Source of the DNA: Schmidtea nova
Taxonomy: Eukaryota
NCBI GenBank assembly: GCA_044892505.1
Contig: CM097883.1
Span: 282,782,001-282,846,000, forward strand
DNA length: 64,000 nt
Reading direction: 5' to 3'
Both the position numbers and the translations under genes were made by a program. Under the pieces are notes generated by a model. That model worked only from the letters and a program-made list of their open reading frames with translations. It was not told the origin of the DNA and searched no databases. Shown here in pieces: positions 12,127 to 23,909 of the stretch (within the stretch, counting starts at the first letter, position 1; every line of letters begins with the position of its first letter).

Positions 12127-15100
12127 TGAAGTCGAATGCACAAGAATGACTCTATTTATAAATTCATAAAATTAACAATGACGTTTTTGACATTATTAAA
12201 ACAAACATAATAATCAATTATCACATTCCCCCGTGATGTCAACATCATCGTCAAGCGTGTCGTCGCCGAGAATATAATCTTGTAGTTACGCTGGTACGTA
12301 TCGGTTTCTTTGTTGCCTATCGGTTGACATTTCAGTCGTAGGTTGACCATTATTTTCAATAGTTCGCTCTTCTCCCGTCGTGTCAGTCGACTCAACCTGT
12401 CTGATGTCAGCTATGTGCCTGGGGACACCATCCACCTCGATATTCGTGGACGAGTGAACGTTTGTGACGGTAACCTCCGTCCAAACACTTGTACATCTTG
12501 CATTCGGCAGCTTACAGAATACCTTGTCTCCTCTAGCATAACGACTCAGAATTTCGTCATTCCCGATTTCCACTTCTTGCATATCCTTCCAGTCGTATGT
12601 AAATAGTTGTCGCGAAGGCGCTTCAAAGTCGCCATTGGAGCTCATGTTGAACCAGTAAACCATGTCAATGGGGTCCCCTTCCGTCCGGGCCGCCATTGTC
12701 TTCACGGTCCTGTGGTTCCTCTCAACAATTCCGTTTCCCGATGGTCGTTAAACGCACCGAAAAATACGACCAACACCCCACTTTGCACATAATTCCTCTA
12801 ATTGTCGAAACCTAAATGAACTGCCATTATTCATGAGCAACTGGCACGGATGTCCGCGTTCTCTGAATATTTGTTCACAAATTCTAGTAATGGTCACAGA
12901 ATCCTCGTTAGAAATCTCTCTCCATATTGCCAATCAACTCAGTCCGCAGTCGATACACGTCAAATAACGCTTATTCTGGTAGTGAGTCACGCCTAACGCC
13001 AATCTGGTCCAATTGCACTTCACCGCCAAATTTCCATGTTTCCATCTTACAAGTGCCGGATCTATCGTTCGACATTTAATACAGTTTGATATCACACCTT
13101 GTACCGCTTTACGAGATACGTTAGGAAGCAACTTCCTTATGAAATACAGAGTTCGATCCACTCCGAAGTGATGCGCCTCGTGGCACTTCCTTATTCTGTC
13201 GGATATCGATATAGTAGAACAACTTACTTGTTTAACCCATGTAAGCCAAGCTTTCTTGACTCTAGTTAAAACGTCGGCCTTGTTTTTCTCGGTCGGGACA
13301 AACTCCACGACTATCTTTAAGTTGTAAACCAGTTGGAGTTAGTGAACAATTTGTAGACGCCTACGAATTAGCATCTCGGAAGATCCGTGAGTTTTTACTC
13401 GATGACTATCTGTCAGTAATGACCCCAGCCAACTTTGGACCGTCGTAGAATCTGATTTCACGATTATCGACGACAGATCCCACTTAATCGCGAGGTTAGT
13501 TCCTTTAATTACAGCATCGAGTTCAGCCACGTTTATATGCGCTGCGTCGTCTGTCTTTCTCAGCCAAGCGGCATCCTCCACGATCTCTCCGTTGATTTCA
13601 AGACAAACTCCAAGAGCCAGATTGCTTGCATCACACCATACAACTCCATTTTTTGTCTGTGAAACATGCCAAACTTCACGAACTGGATCATCTTTCTTAA
13701 CGAGTTCGATAATTTCAGCTATTATCATGGAAGCATAATCTCCAATTGTATCTTCCCATGTTGAACCGGTACTCTGGCGCTTAACATAACTACATGCAAT
13801 CCGCAACCAGCCAGCAACCGGGTAGTGACCGACCAGCTGACCGCACAAGGACAACAGCTCCCTCCTCGTCATTGCTTCGTTTGGTCCCATCTCATTGATT
13901 ACGTTTCCTCTCCTCCAATATTTGCTTTCCTTGCATCTAGAGATCTGTAATCACAAAACTTTAGAAGTATTGAATTTTTCCGGAGTTTTAACTGCTAGCC
14001 CGCATCTTGGCAGATGACGCACAACTTCGTCTAATTGTACTTTTGACATATTTACAATGATATCGTCAATATAACTGTCGGTTGCTTCTTTAATGTCTTT
14101 GCGTAATCCTAACACTTTTCGCACTATGGCAGACATTATTTTCGGTGCTAGATTGAGGCCGAAACCCAATCTTGTCAAAGCCTATATCTTTCCTTTAAAC
14201 CTGACTTTTTGAAAATCCCATAGATCGGGATTTACATGTATTTGTAGATAGGCTTTCCTCAGATCGAGCATCTCGACTTTCTCCCCGAATCTTCGCCAAC
14301 GCCTTAAAGATTCGTCACAAGCTTCACTCTGACCCGTGTGGCTCGTTACATATTTATTCAGTTCGCGATAGTCGAGTACTGGTCGTATTTTTCCTTTGTT
14401 AGACTGATTAACTGCCATTAATGGTAATATACCATCAGAGTTTCCTTCATAAGGCGTTAACCAATTGTTCGTAAACCATTCTGTGATTTCCGCTTCGAAT
14501 CCATTGCGTAGCTCTGGTTTAATTCCATAGTTGGCACATGTATTACCAAGTTCAGAAGGTTGATTTTTCCATTTCCAGCTTACTGTCCAATTGCCGGAAA
14601 GGAAATCGGCTTGAAAGTCTTCATCTCTAATTTCCAGAGACTCGGCATGTCGTTCGTCTGCTCTCAAGAAATCGGACTTTCTCCCCACGGCGCTGGCCAA
14701 AGGAAACGATACCCCTTGCCTTGATATATTCACCCCGCCGAGTATTCCTATAACATCCATTCCCAAAATTACACCAAAATCTCTTGGAAGGTTATCCATC
14801 ACCAGGCAGACCACTCGCAGACTTGTCTTTCTAGTAACAATGTTAACGTCAACGGTTCCGAAACTCTTGGTCAATGATCCATCAGCCACCAGCACACTCT
14901 CGCTCTTCCCATACGGTCCACTGTCCAAAGAGGACAAAATAATAGATTGGGTACAACCTGAATCTATTAAAGCTTTGGAAGTCCTTCCGTTGACAGTTAC
15001 AACGACAGAGTACAGCGTCATTATTGCTTTTCCGGAGTGAACACTGGCGCACGTGTTGCTCCAATAGCGTTTCCCATCTGTTTCTTTGGGCACGATCGCG

Positions 15101-15842
15101 CGAGGTGGGCTTTATCACCACATATCCAACATTGTTTGTTTTTTCGGAAACATGAATCTTCATTGTGCCCTTTCTTTCCACAAAACCAACACATTTGATC
15201 ATTAGGATTGGCAATTCTTCTTTCTTTTACTCACAGCATACAACTTTGCTGAGAAACTGCATTACTTAACATAGCTCGAGCTATTTGTACGACCGCATCC
15301 ATTGCCATTGTTTCAATGTTCGGAATAGCCTATAGTGACTGTGATATAGACGCTGGAAGTCCAGTAACGAACGAACATCTAATATCGGCATCATTGACCC
15401 CAGATAACTTACCTAGATATGTTAGTTCGGCCAGATAAACATCGACAGGCTCGTTGCTCCATAATCGATTCTTCAATTTTTCAAAAGCAAGAAACATCGA
15501 CATAGAAAAGGCTCTTTTTATTGTTGCTTCGGTCTTGATGAAACTTCATCTGACTTCATCACTGAGATGCTGATACACCGCATATGCGTCTCCTTTCATC
15601 AGTATCGGTAGAAGCATCTCCAAGTTTTCAATCTTTTGCATGAGAGCTATCGTTCTTACATGGATAATCATATCGTCACGTCACCCGTTCCATCAAATTT
15701 CTCAATATATTTAATAAATTCCATGAATTTAGCCGCGATAGCTTGAAGTCGAATGCACAAGAATGACTTTATTTATAAATTCATAAAATTAACAATGACG
15801 TTTTTGACATTATTAAAACAAACATAATAATCAATTATCACA
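12127..15842 (-). mobile_element. Full-length Ty3/Gypsy-order LTR retrotransposon with 99-bp LTRs
   Basis: LTRs 12127-12225 and 15744-15842 (TG...CA, 1 mismatch), 5-bp TSD CCAAC and PPT GGGGGAA. Gag has two CCHC knuckles; pol has PR (LIDSGC), RT (YIDD), RNase H (WCDAS, HINVAEL) and IN (HHFGV...C..C). Several frameshifts and stops. Confidence 0.95.
15732..15743 (-). promoter_or_regulatory. Putative non-canonical primer-binding site
   Basis: Directly abuts the 5' LTR and lacks TGG; its complement GCCGCGATAGCT looks like tRNA nt 1-12. Confidence 0.45.
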
Positions 15843-16010
15843 CCAACCAAAAGAAAAATCGATAACTTACTTTATAGGCAATTTACTGCCATAGTAGAAA
15901 CCCACCAATGAAGTTGCGGGTAGCCCTGAATTAGGAAATGTCTGATGAATTTATAAAAACAAATACATGTGTTAAGAAAAGTATACGCTTATATTTTGTT
16001 ATGCTAGAAT

Positions 16011-16839
16011 CAGGGGGTGATTAGCCGGCTCGCGCGAGCCGGTTGTTAAAATTTTGGAAAATTGCCGAGCCGGTTGTTAAATTATTTCGCAAAAATAATT
16101 TTTAGGGAATTTTGTGCTGTCCCTTCCCGATATGTGTCTGATAAATGTGCTACCCATATAAAGTTGAATAATAAACATTGATAATAATTATGAGAAGTTT
16201 ATACAAATTTTTGACGTTTTAGAACCTTGTACATGACCATTTGATGAAATACTTTCACCTTGGCTGAAAGAGGAAGAAAAAGTTACTAAATTAGGCGAAA
16301 TTCTAAAATTTATCAACGAATTTCGTGATTTTGTTGATGCTAACATACGGTCACAAAATATTCAGTTGCCTAAAACAATTTTAAAGGCAAAAAAAATTTC
16401 CAACACCATAGCAGCTAGCAGTGCAGAAGCCGAACGAGGATTTATTTTGAGGAATACAATTGTAACAAAATTAAGAGCTAGCTTAACAATAGATCACATT
16501 GTAGATCTAATGTCCATAAATTTATTGGGAAATCCAGTCAATGATTTCGATGCAACACCGATGGTAAAGTTGTGGATAAATGAAAATCATAGACTGACAA
16601 CGGAGACGAGAGTGAAAAAAGGGTCGAGAAGAAGTTTTCCGAAAATGAATTAGGTATATGGAGCTTATATTAATGCATTAATAAGGGCTTAATATCCCTA
16701 CTTCATTTTCCGCTGTTATACAGTTTATATAAATGTATGCTTAGTGCATTATATGTAATCTTATTTCAATATAATTAAAATATAAAATTGTTTGTTTTTT
16801 TAGCGAGCCGGTTGTTAAGTCTTTGGCAACACATCCCTG
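16011..16839 (+). mobile_element. Internally deleted hAT element
   Basis: TIR CAGGGGGTG/CATCCCTG, subterminal GAGCCGGTTGTTAA three times, degenerate TSD GCTAGAAT/GTTATAAT, and ORF 16366-16653 with SSAEAERGF. Confidence 0.8.
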
Positions 16840-17096
16840 GTTATAATTATGCAAGTGTTTTGAAATAAATGATTATTGCAAGGAGATTATTAGGAAGTCT
16901 GTTGAGCCCAGCCGAGTCTCCGGTAAAAAGTGTATTGGGACAGCTGAGGTGAATGCTATATGTGTTAATATGTATGGCGTGCGTGCTTGCGTATATTATT
17001 ACTGTCCTTAATAGATATAACAAACAATTTATAGCAAATAACTTTACAAATTTTATTTACTTAATTAAATACAATATAAAAATAACAGTTACTTGC

Positions 17097-17097
<1 letters not shown>

Positions 17098-17181
<84 letters not shown>
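17098..17181. repeat. (TA)n microsatellite
   Basis: Pure TA run; others at about 19642-19675, 21745-21794 and 62810-62893. Confidence 0.95.
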
Positions 17182-17185
<4 letters not shown>

Positions 17186-17479
17186 AGACAACAAATCAAG
17201 AGTTCGTATAATCCTCAAAAGGGGCAGATTTGAAAGATCTCTGCAGAGACCATAGACCTCACAATATTGTGAACAATTTGATTTTAAAACTGTGTTGATG
17301 AATTGTGATAATATTGTTATTTTTATGTATTATTAGTTTAGCTGAATCTGTATGTAATCGGAAAAGTGTATTATAAATCATAACTTTCGCAAATAAATTA
17401 AATTTTCTTTATTATTGTTTATTATAATAGAAGTAGTTAACGGTAATTATACATATTATGTTAAGATCGATCGGTGAAC

Positions 17480-18080
17480 CTCAATATTAATTTTTGTCTA
17501 AGTGAATAGTATAATGATTATAATTGAGGACGGGAAAATAAGCAGAAAACCTTCTATCGGTCGCCCTTGAATTCACTGTGATGTTCGGTCAATCATTGTT
17601 TCGATTTTTCGATGCTCACTATTTGCGAACATCCACCCATTTGTTGCATTATCAACGTTACATTGTGATGGGCAACAAGATGGTTTTGACTAATGTTTTA
17701 TGAGTTGAGCTGTTGATGGGAGCCACAGCAACGTCAAGGTCATTTTGACGATCAACAATATACCACGTGGAACAATATGAGTTGGCCAGGGTTGATTTAA
17801 AGTGAGCTGAAATCAGAATAATAAAATCTTTATTAAATCCATATTTTAAAACTAGCAAAAAACAACTTTGAGACTGAACAAACCGCTATAGGACACACAC
17901 CACCATAATAAAAAATACACATAAAAATAAAAGGCTCCTATTGGACTGACAACAAAAAAACGAAAAAATTGATCTTGCCAATCAAAAAATATCAATCATG
18001 TGCAAATGCATCATAACCAGTACAATCATAACCAGTGAACACATACAGTGAGGCTCTCAATCCGAGCCATGATTAATCAT
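17480..18080 (-). pseudogene. Tetraspanin-like fragment, copy 2
   Basis: Hydrophobic TM-like segments (IFSFFCCQSNRSLLFLCVFFIMVVCVL), then via frameshifts CCG (TGC TGT GGC) and PSCCPSQC, then a final hydrophobic segment. Confidence 0.5.
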
Positions 18081-18334
18081 TATAGTTAGGACATTTATTC
18101 AAACTGAATAGGAACATCAATAAATGACTCAAGATATCAATATATTTTTGATACTCTTATTTTTGTCAATTCAATGATTAATCTGAAAAATCGTTTCGTG
18201 TTGAGCTAATTTAACTTTGAAGTATTATAATTTCTTTAATAATCTGATGTTTCACATTGTTTGATAATATTGAAACATTGAAATATTGAAAGCCATTTCT
18301 AATTCACAAAGCTTTGATGGATTAGTTGCAGCTA

Positions 18335-19239
18335 CCGTCTTAACCCGAAAATAACACCATGGTGTTATGTTTGAATATAAGACCACTCTTGTGTTTTATT
18401 CAAATATAACACCACTGTGTTTTTTGGATGTGCTTTGGAAGATAATAACTTGCAAACAAAAGCTGGAAACCCTAAAGTTCCTAGCTATGAAATGGTTTCA
18501 AACTGGATTTTTGAATGGATTAGCACAAAATCTCCAGAACAAGTAGTTAATGCATTCAAAGTATGTGGATTGGTTCCTAAAGAAATATTTGATATGAATA
18601 TTCTCCATCCACCTTTAAAAGCTTTATTTCAAACATCTTTTGACATTACTATCTGGAATGAATTATATGCAACTGAGTATGTTACACCTGAAAACGATGA
18701 TATAAATGAAGAAAAATATCAACCACCAGAATGGTACTTACCAGATTCAAATACTGCAAGCTTTTATATGTGTGTATACCACAAGAAATATGGTAATCAA
18801 GCTGAAAATACTGGGAAGGAGTATAAAAATCAATTAATTTTATTTATTCAGTCTCTGCATGAATTATCTGATTTAGTAGATTCTAATTATTTTGAAAACA
18901 TTCAGAATGATGACATACCTGCATCTGAAAACGAGATTTTTGCTGTGTCCATTAAAGAAAATTGGAACATTATAATAAAAAATGCAAATACTAAAACTTC
19001 ATTTGAATATCTAGTATCAAATCCAAGTCAAACTGTGGTAATGGTAGAAATTGATCAGTATTTTGGGATACATATGCTTGGTTAATTAACATTATATTAA
19101 TGTTTAAATATTAAATAAAAAACCATGGTGTTATATTTAAAGGGGTGTTATATTTGAATTTTTCTTCAATGTTTTAAAAAGTCAAAATTTTTTAAAAACT
19201 CAAATACGACACCATGGTGTTATTTTCGGGTTAAGACGG
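18335..19239 (+). mobile_element. pogo/Tigger-type non-autonomous element
   Basis: Perfect 31-bp TIR CCGTCTTAACCCGAAAATAACACCATGGTGT and TA TSD on both sides. Confidence 0.93.
18417..19085 (+). CDS. pogo transposase C-terminus plus an extra about 150-aa domain (OTU-like?)
   Basis: TKAGNPKVPSYEMVSNW...VVNAFKVCGL matches the pogo transposase end; the ORF stays open for about 170 more codons. Confidence 0.65.
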   Translation: MFFGCALEDNNLQTKAGNPKVPSYEMVSNWIFEWISTKSPEQVVNAFKVCGLVPKEIFDMNILHPPLKALFQTSFDITIWNELYATEYVTPENDDINEEKYQPPEWYLPDSNTASFYMCVYHKKYGNQAENTGKEYKNQLILFIQSLHELSDLVDSNYFENIQNDDIPASENEIFAVSIKENWNIIIKNANTKTSFEYLVSNPSQTVVMVEIDQYFGIHMLG

Positions 19240-19533
19240 TAACGACATTCAACGTTGACATCAACTATGAATAGCTCTATTGCGTAATTCGTTAAGATTA
19301 ATTACAGTTGATTAATTACCAATTTCAATAGATAAAACTCTTTAATATGCCTCTATAGTTTCATCATACTTATTCATAATTACAAGAGCAGCTATTTTCC
19401 TTGAATATCCATTAGACCAATTTGGCTCTAATTTAAAACATTCTTTTACACAAAGTAATGTTTCGCCATCTCTCTTTATAGGTTAATTATAACATTTAAT
19501 TGCTTTGTGGATCTTGACAACTTGTAGAGGTAC

Positions 19534-19636
19534 TTATTATTAGTATCTTGTTAGGTAGAAATGTTATGTGAGGGAAATATGTAAGGGCCCAAAAGAGTCT
19601 CCCAAAGAAAAATGAATTGTGGGGACAATTGGGGTG

Positions 19637-19681
<45 letters not shown>

Positions 19682-21739
19682 GTGATAGTTCTACAATTAA
19701 ATATAACAAATTATAAAAAAACAATAGAATGAACAGAACTATTAATCAAGTTATCAAATTTTATTAAAAGTTGAACAATAAAAAAAAACCACGAACTATT
19801 ACTTTGATTTTTTTTGAGTGTGGGATAATACTGTTATTGGATAATAATTGTTTATGGCGGCGAAGTACAGTCCGCATGAGGATTGTGGACTAGAGATCGT
19901 TTCTTTTATTTCTATTCTTTGTAAAGATCTTTTGGATTTGTTAGATTTTCAAGCGGGATAATACTGTTTATGGATATTAATGGTTTATGAATAATAATGG
20001 TTTATGAAGGCGAAATGCAGTCCGAATGAGGATGGTGGACTAGAAAGTATTTCTTTTGTTACTATTCTTCGTAAAGATCTTTGGTATTTGTTCGATTTTC
20101 AAGCTGGATAATACTGTTTATGGATAACAATGGTTTATTTTCCTTGGTTTTGTAGATTAGGGAATTATTAGGAATTAATCTTAGGACTTAATTTTTAGTA
20201 GCTTCTTTTTCGATTGTTTCTTTTTCTTCCTTGGTAATAATTATGGTCCATTGATTTTTATATTTTTTTAATTTTCAATTTTTTAATTTTGAATTATAAT
20301 TATAGGGTTAATAATAATAATAATAATCAAAGTCAACGCAATTTTCAATCGACCGGGGGGGGGACCTCCGCACTCCATACACCACCCAAGATCACCACGA
20401 CTACCCTAACGATAAAAATACCAATAAAAAGGCCAATAAAAAAACATAACGATAATAAACCTTTGAGTACACCACACAACTTCCCCCTTTAAAACCGGAG
20501 GTTAACAAACATACCGAAAAATTTACAGATTAACAATGTGGACGACTTATTTTTGTTGTTTTGCTTTATTTTGTTTTTTTTTTGTTTTTGTATTTGTTTT
20601 GTTGTTTATAACGTTTTAACCAAAAATTTACATATTTACAAAAGACTAAAAACTGTACATTTAGCTATGTTGTGCCTGTGTATGTTTATGTATTTTATTT
20701 GAGGCATTCGCTATATCGTTTTTTGTATAGGGGTGTGATTATTGTGTCCTTGTCGAATAGTCTTATTGAGTTTTTGGGGTTGAATGAGATGTGTTTTTGT
20801 TTTGTTGGGGTTTTGTCTGGAGGGTTTTGGTTGTGGTCAATGTTGGATGGTGTTAGTTTGTTTTCATAAAATGGTTTTAATCGGCGTATGTTTATTTTAA
20901 TTGACTTGTTGTCTTTTACGATTGTGCCGACGTTTTTGTACAAATTTAGTAATTTGTATGGACCTTCGTATTTTGTTTCGAAACCACTTGTGAAAGGTTT
21001 CTTTATTAAGACTTTGTCTATTATTAGTCTGGTTTTGTTTTGTGTTTGTTTTGTGTTTTTGTTTTTCAGGGTGTTTTTTAGTTTGGTGATTTGTGGTTCG
21101 TTGAATTCGTAGTTTGCCTCAACCTTGTTTTCTGTTTCGTCTTTTAAGTTTGGCAGGTTTGTGTTGTGTCCAAATACCAATTGGCTAGGACTTTTGTTGT
21201 TTGAACTTGAAGGGTTGTTGCGCAATCCTACCAAAATTTCTGGTAATTTTTCCAACCAGTTATCGTTATTGTTCGTTTTTGTTCTGATTGCTTGTTTTAT
21301 AGATCGGTGTAATCTTTCCACTTTTCCGTTTGATTGGGGGTTATACGCTGTTGTTCTGTTTTTCTTAATGTTATATTTATTACACAGTCCTTTAAAAATG
21401 TCGGATTCAAATTGTCTACCTTGATCGCTGATTATTGTTTTTGGGCAACCATACCGTGCGAACCAATTTAGTTCTAATTTGTTGCAAATCTTTGCTGCGG
21501 ATATTTCCTTTATGGGTATGGCTTCAAACCAGTTTGTTTTGCGATCTATTATTGTTAACAAATACTTGTGTTTGTTATTGGGTGGTAGAGGTCCGACTAT
21601 GTCGATGTGTATTGTTTTCTTTTCTTCTAACACCAGTTATTATTAGTATCTTGTTAGGTAGAAATGTTATGTGAGGGAAATATGTAAGGGCCCAAAAGAG
21701 TCTCCCAAAGAAAAATGAATTGTGGGGACAATTGGGGTG

Positions 21740-21800
<61 letters not shown>

Positions 21801-22596
21801 GTGATAGTTCTACAATTAAATATAACAAATTATAAAAAAACAATAGAATGAACAGAACTATTAATCAAGTTATCAAATTTTATTAAAAGTTGAACAATAA
21901 AAAAAAACCACGAACTATTACTTTGATTTTTTTTTGAGTGTGGGATAATACTGTTATTGGATAATAATTGTTTATGGCGGCGAAGTACAGTCCGAATGAG
22001 GATTGTGGACTAGAGATCGTTTCTTTTATTTCTATTCTTTGTAAAGATCTTTTGGATTTGTTAGATTTTCAAGCGGGATAATACTGTTTATGGATAATAA
22101 TGGTTTATGAATAATAATGGTTTATGTAGGCGAAATGCAGTCCGAATGAGGATGGTGGACTAGAAAGTATTTCTTTTGTTACTATTCTTCGTAAAGATCT
22201 TTGGTATTTGTTCGATTTTCAAGCTGGATAATACTGTTTATGGATAACAATGGTTTATTTTCCTTGGTTTTGTAGATTAGGGAATTATTAGGAATTAATC
22301 TTAGGACTTAATTTTTAGTAGCTTCTTTTTCGATTGTTTCTTTTTCTTCCTTGGTAATAATTATGGTCCATTGATTTTTATATTTTTTTAATTTTCAATT
22401 TTTGAATTTTGAATTATAATTATAGGGTTAATAATAATAATAATAATCAAAGTCAACGCAGTTTTCAATCGACCGGGGGGGGACCTCCGCACTCCATACA
22501 CCACCCAAGATCACCAAGACTACCCTAACGATAAAAATACCAATAAAAAGGCCAATAAAAAAAACATAACGATAATAAACCTTTGAGTACACCACA
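19534..22596 (-). mobile_element. Non-autonomous LTR element: long LTRs with integrase only
   Basis: LTRs 19534-20476 and 21637-22596 (about 99% identical apart from TA length), 4-bp TSD GTAC, PBS TGGTGTTAGAAG (tRNA-Leu-like) and PPT AAAGGGGGAAG. Confidence 0.93.
20695..21633 (-). CDS. Gypsy-type integrase core and C-terminus, open ORF without AUG
   Basis: HIDIVGPLP, SDQGRQFES, YNPQSNGKVERLH and GPY motifs; starts at a GTG inside the PBS. Confidence 0.85.
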   Translation of the reverse strand: MLEEKKTIHIDIVGPLPPNNKHKYLLTIIDRKTNWFEAIPIKEISAAKICNKLELNWFARYGCPKTIISDQGRQFESDIFKGLCNKYNIKKNRTTAYNPQSNGKVERLHRSIKQAIRTKTNNNDNWLEKLPEILVGLRNNPSSSNNKSPSQLVFGHNTNLPNLKDETENKVEANYEFNEPQITKLKNTLKNKNTKQTQNKTRLIIDKVLIKKPFTSGFETKYEGPYKLLNLYKNVGTIVKDNKSIKINIRRLKPFYENKLTPSNIDHNQNPPDKTPTKQKHISFNPKNSIRLFDKDTIITPLYKKRYSECLK

Positions 22597-23909
22597 GTAC
22601 TAATTTATAGAAAACCACAGTGGAAATAATTTATTCATTATAATTATTGATTTCTTTAAAAATCCGCTCCAAATAGAAATAACATCTGTTAGATCAACTT
22701 GCTAATTCATCATAAAATAGCGAGTTTTTTCTGAAATAATACCAGGCGGCTTAGTTAGCACCAGTCAGTGCTTCATAAATTCTCATTAACAACTGAAGTC
22801 TCTTATTAAAATTTTCATTAACAAGAAATTCTTCAATTTATATAATTAGCGAATTCATCTCTTAATAATTCATTTATGTATTCAAATAAATCACGAGGTC
22901 TTCAATCGTTTTCAAACTAATCTTAATCAATTCCTGAAATTTTTAATATATTTCTCCATTTCGATAATGAGAATAATTCAATCTAGTTTCAAATAAAGAG
23001 ACTTTTCAAAGGTTTCACCAAAACTTTTTATTACTTCACAATAATTAATCAAAAATCCAATTGTTCCATACATTTTTAAAGTTTTTTAATTTCAACTTTT
23101 CTTCCTAGACTTTCATAAAGTAATTAATTTTTTAAAATAAAAATCTCCTAATTTTAAATTGATTTTATTGTTATTTCTTAGGAAATTGACTCAAAATTTA
23201 AAGTCATTTTCCAAGCTACTATAACATTTGAAGGTCAGACGGTACAGACTGATCAAATCATCAACATTCCACTAAACATTATTTCTAATTATTACGATAC
23301 GAAACAATTTATCAATTAGAACGATCATTTTTAGTATGATGATCCAAAGGTCGAAACTCTACTCATTTGCGAAAGCCGACGAGACTAAGGTCAACCAAAG
23401 AAGTCAAGCATAAATATTAAATAGCTAATAAATAACAAAATAAGCCTTTGCTTCAAAATTTTATTCGGTGATAAATTTAAATAAAATAAAAAATAATCCT
23501 TATCAATCTTTAATTCAGGATATAACTGAAATCTACATCTTGTATTGTTGTTTCTCTCTTGAACTATCTCTTTTTTCATTGGATGTAAATCTGATTAATA
23601 TAAATTTTAAAATAAAAACTTTGAAACTTTAAATTTTTAGAAAAAAAATAAATTTTTTACTTTTTAAAATCTTCTCAATTTCAAAGCAAAAAAATTCATT
23701 TCTAAAATTTTAAATGTTTTAGTTAAGTTATATCTTATGTTATTAGTATGTTATATCTTAATTTTTTAACTCATTTTTTAAAAATTTTAAAACTAATTTA
23801 ATTTTATATGAAAGTTTTCTCTGTTTTCCATATATTTTTATACTTTCTATTTTCTTTTTCCTTACTTTTTTCTATCTCCTTTGTAGAACAAAAATTTTGT
23901 TTTTCAACA

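Larger units (their letters stand above)
19270..22800 (-). pseudogene. STI1/HOP-type TPR gene remnant split by the LTR insertion
   Basis: 19270-19533 reads ECFKLEPNWSNGYSRKIAALVIMNKYDETIEAY*RVLSIE; TPR-like text continues at 22601-22800 across the GTAC TSD. Confidence 0.55.

Noticed and set aside
16953-17255. ORFs with IY or poly-I/L runs, or spanning N (also 40147, 46464-46952, 55861, 56070, 62748)
   Set aside because: Products of (TA)n or (ATT)n microsatellites and assembly gaps.
16860-17450. Solo LTR
   Set aside because: Layout resembles the 19.5-kb LTR start, but no clear TG...CA ends or TSD could be fixed.
20672-21424. Hydrophobic plus-strand ORFs antisense to integrase, and similar shadow ORFs in other TEs
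   Set aside because: Shadow frames caused by strand composition skew.
23180-23400. Upstream caspase prodomain exon
   Set aside because: Has an acceptor, but contains stops and no DED or CARD pattern.
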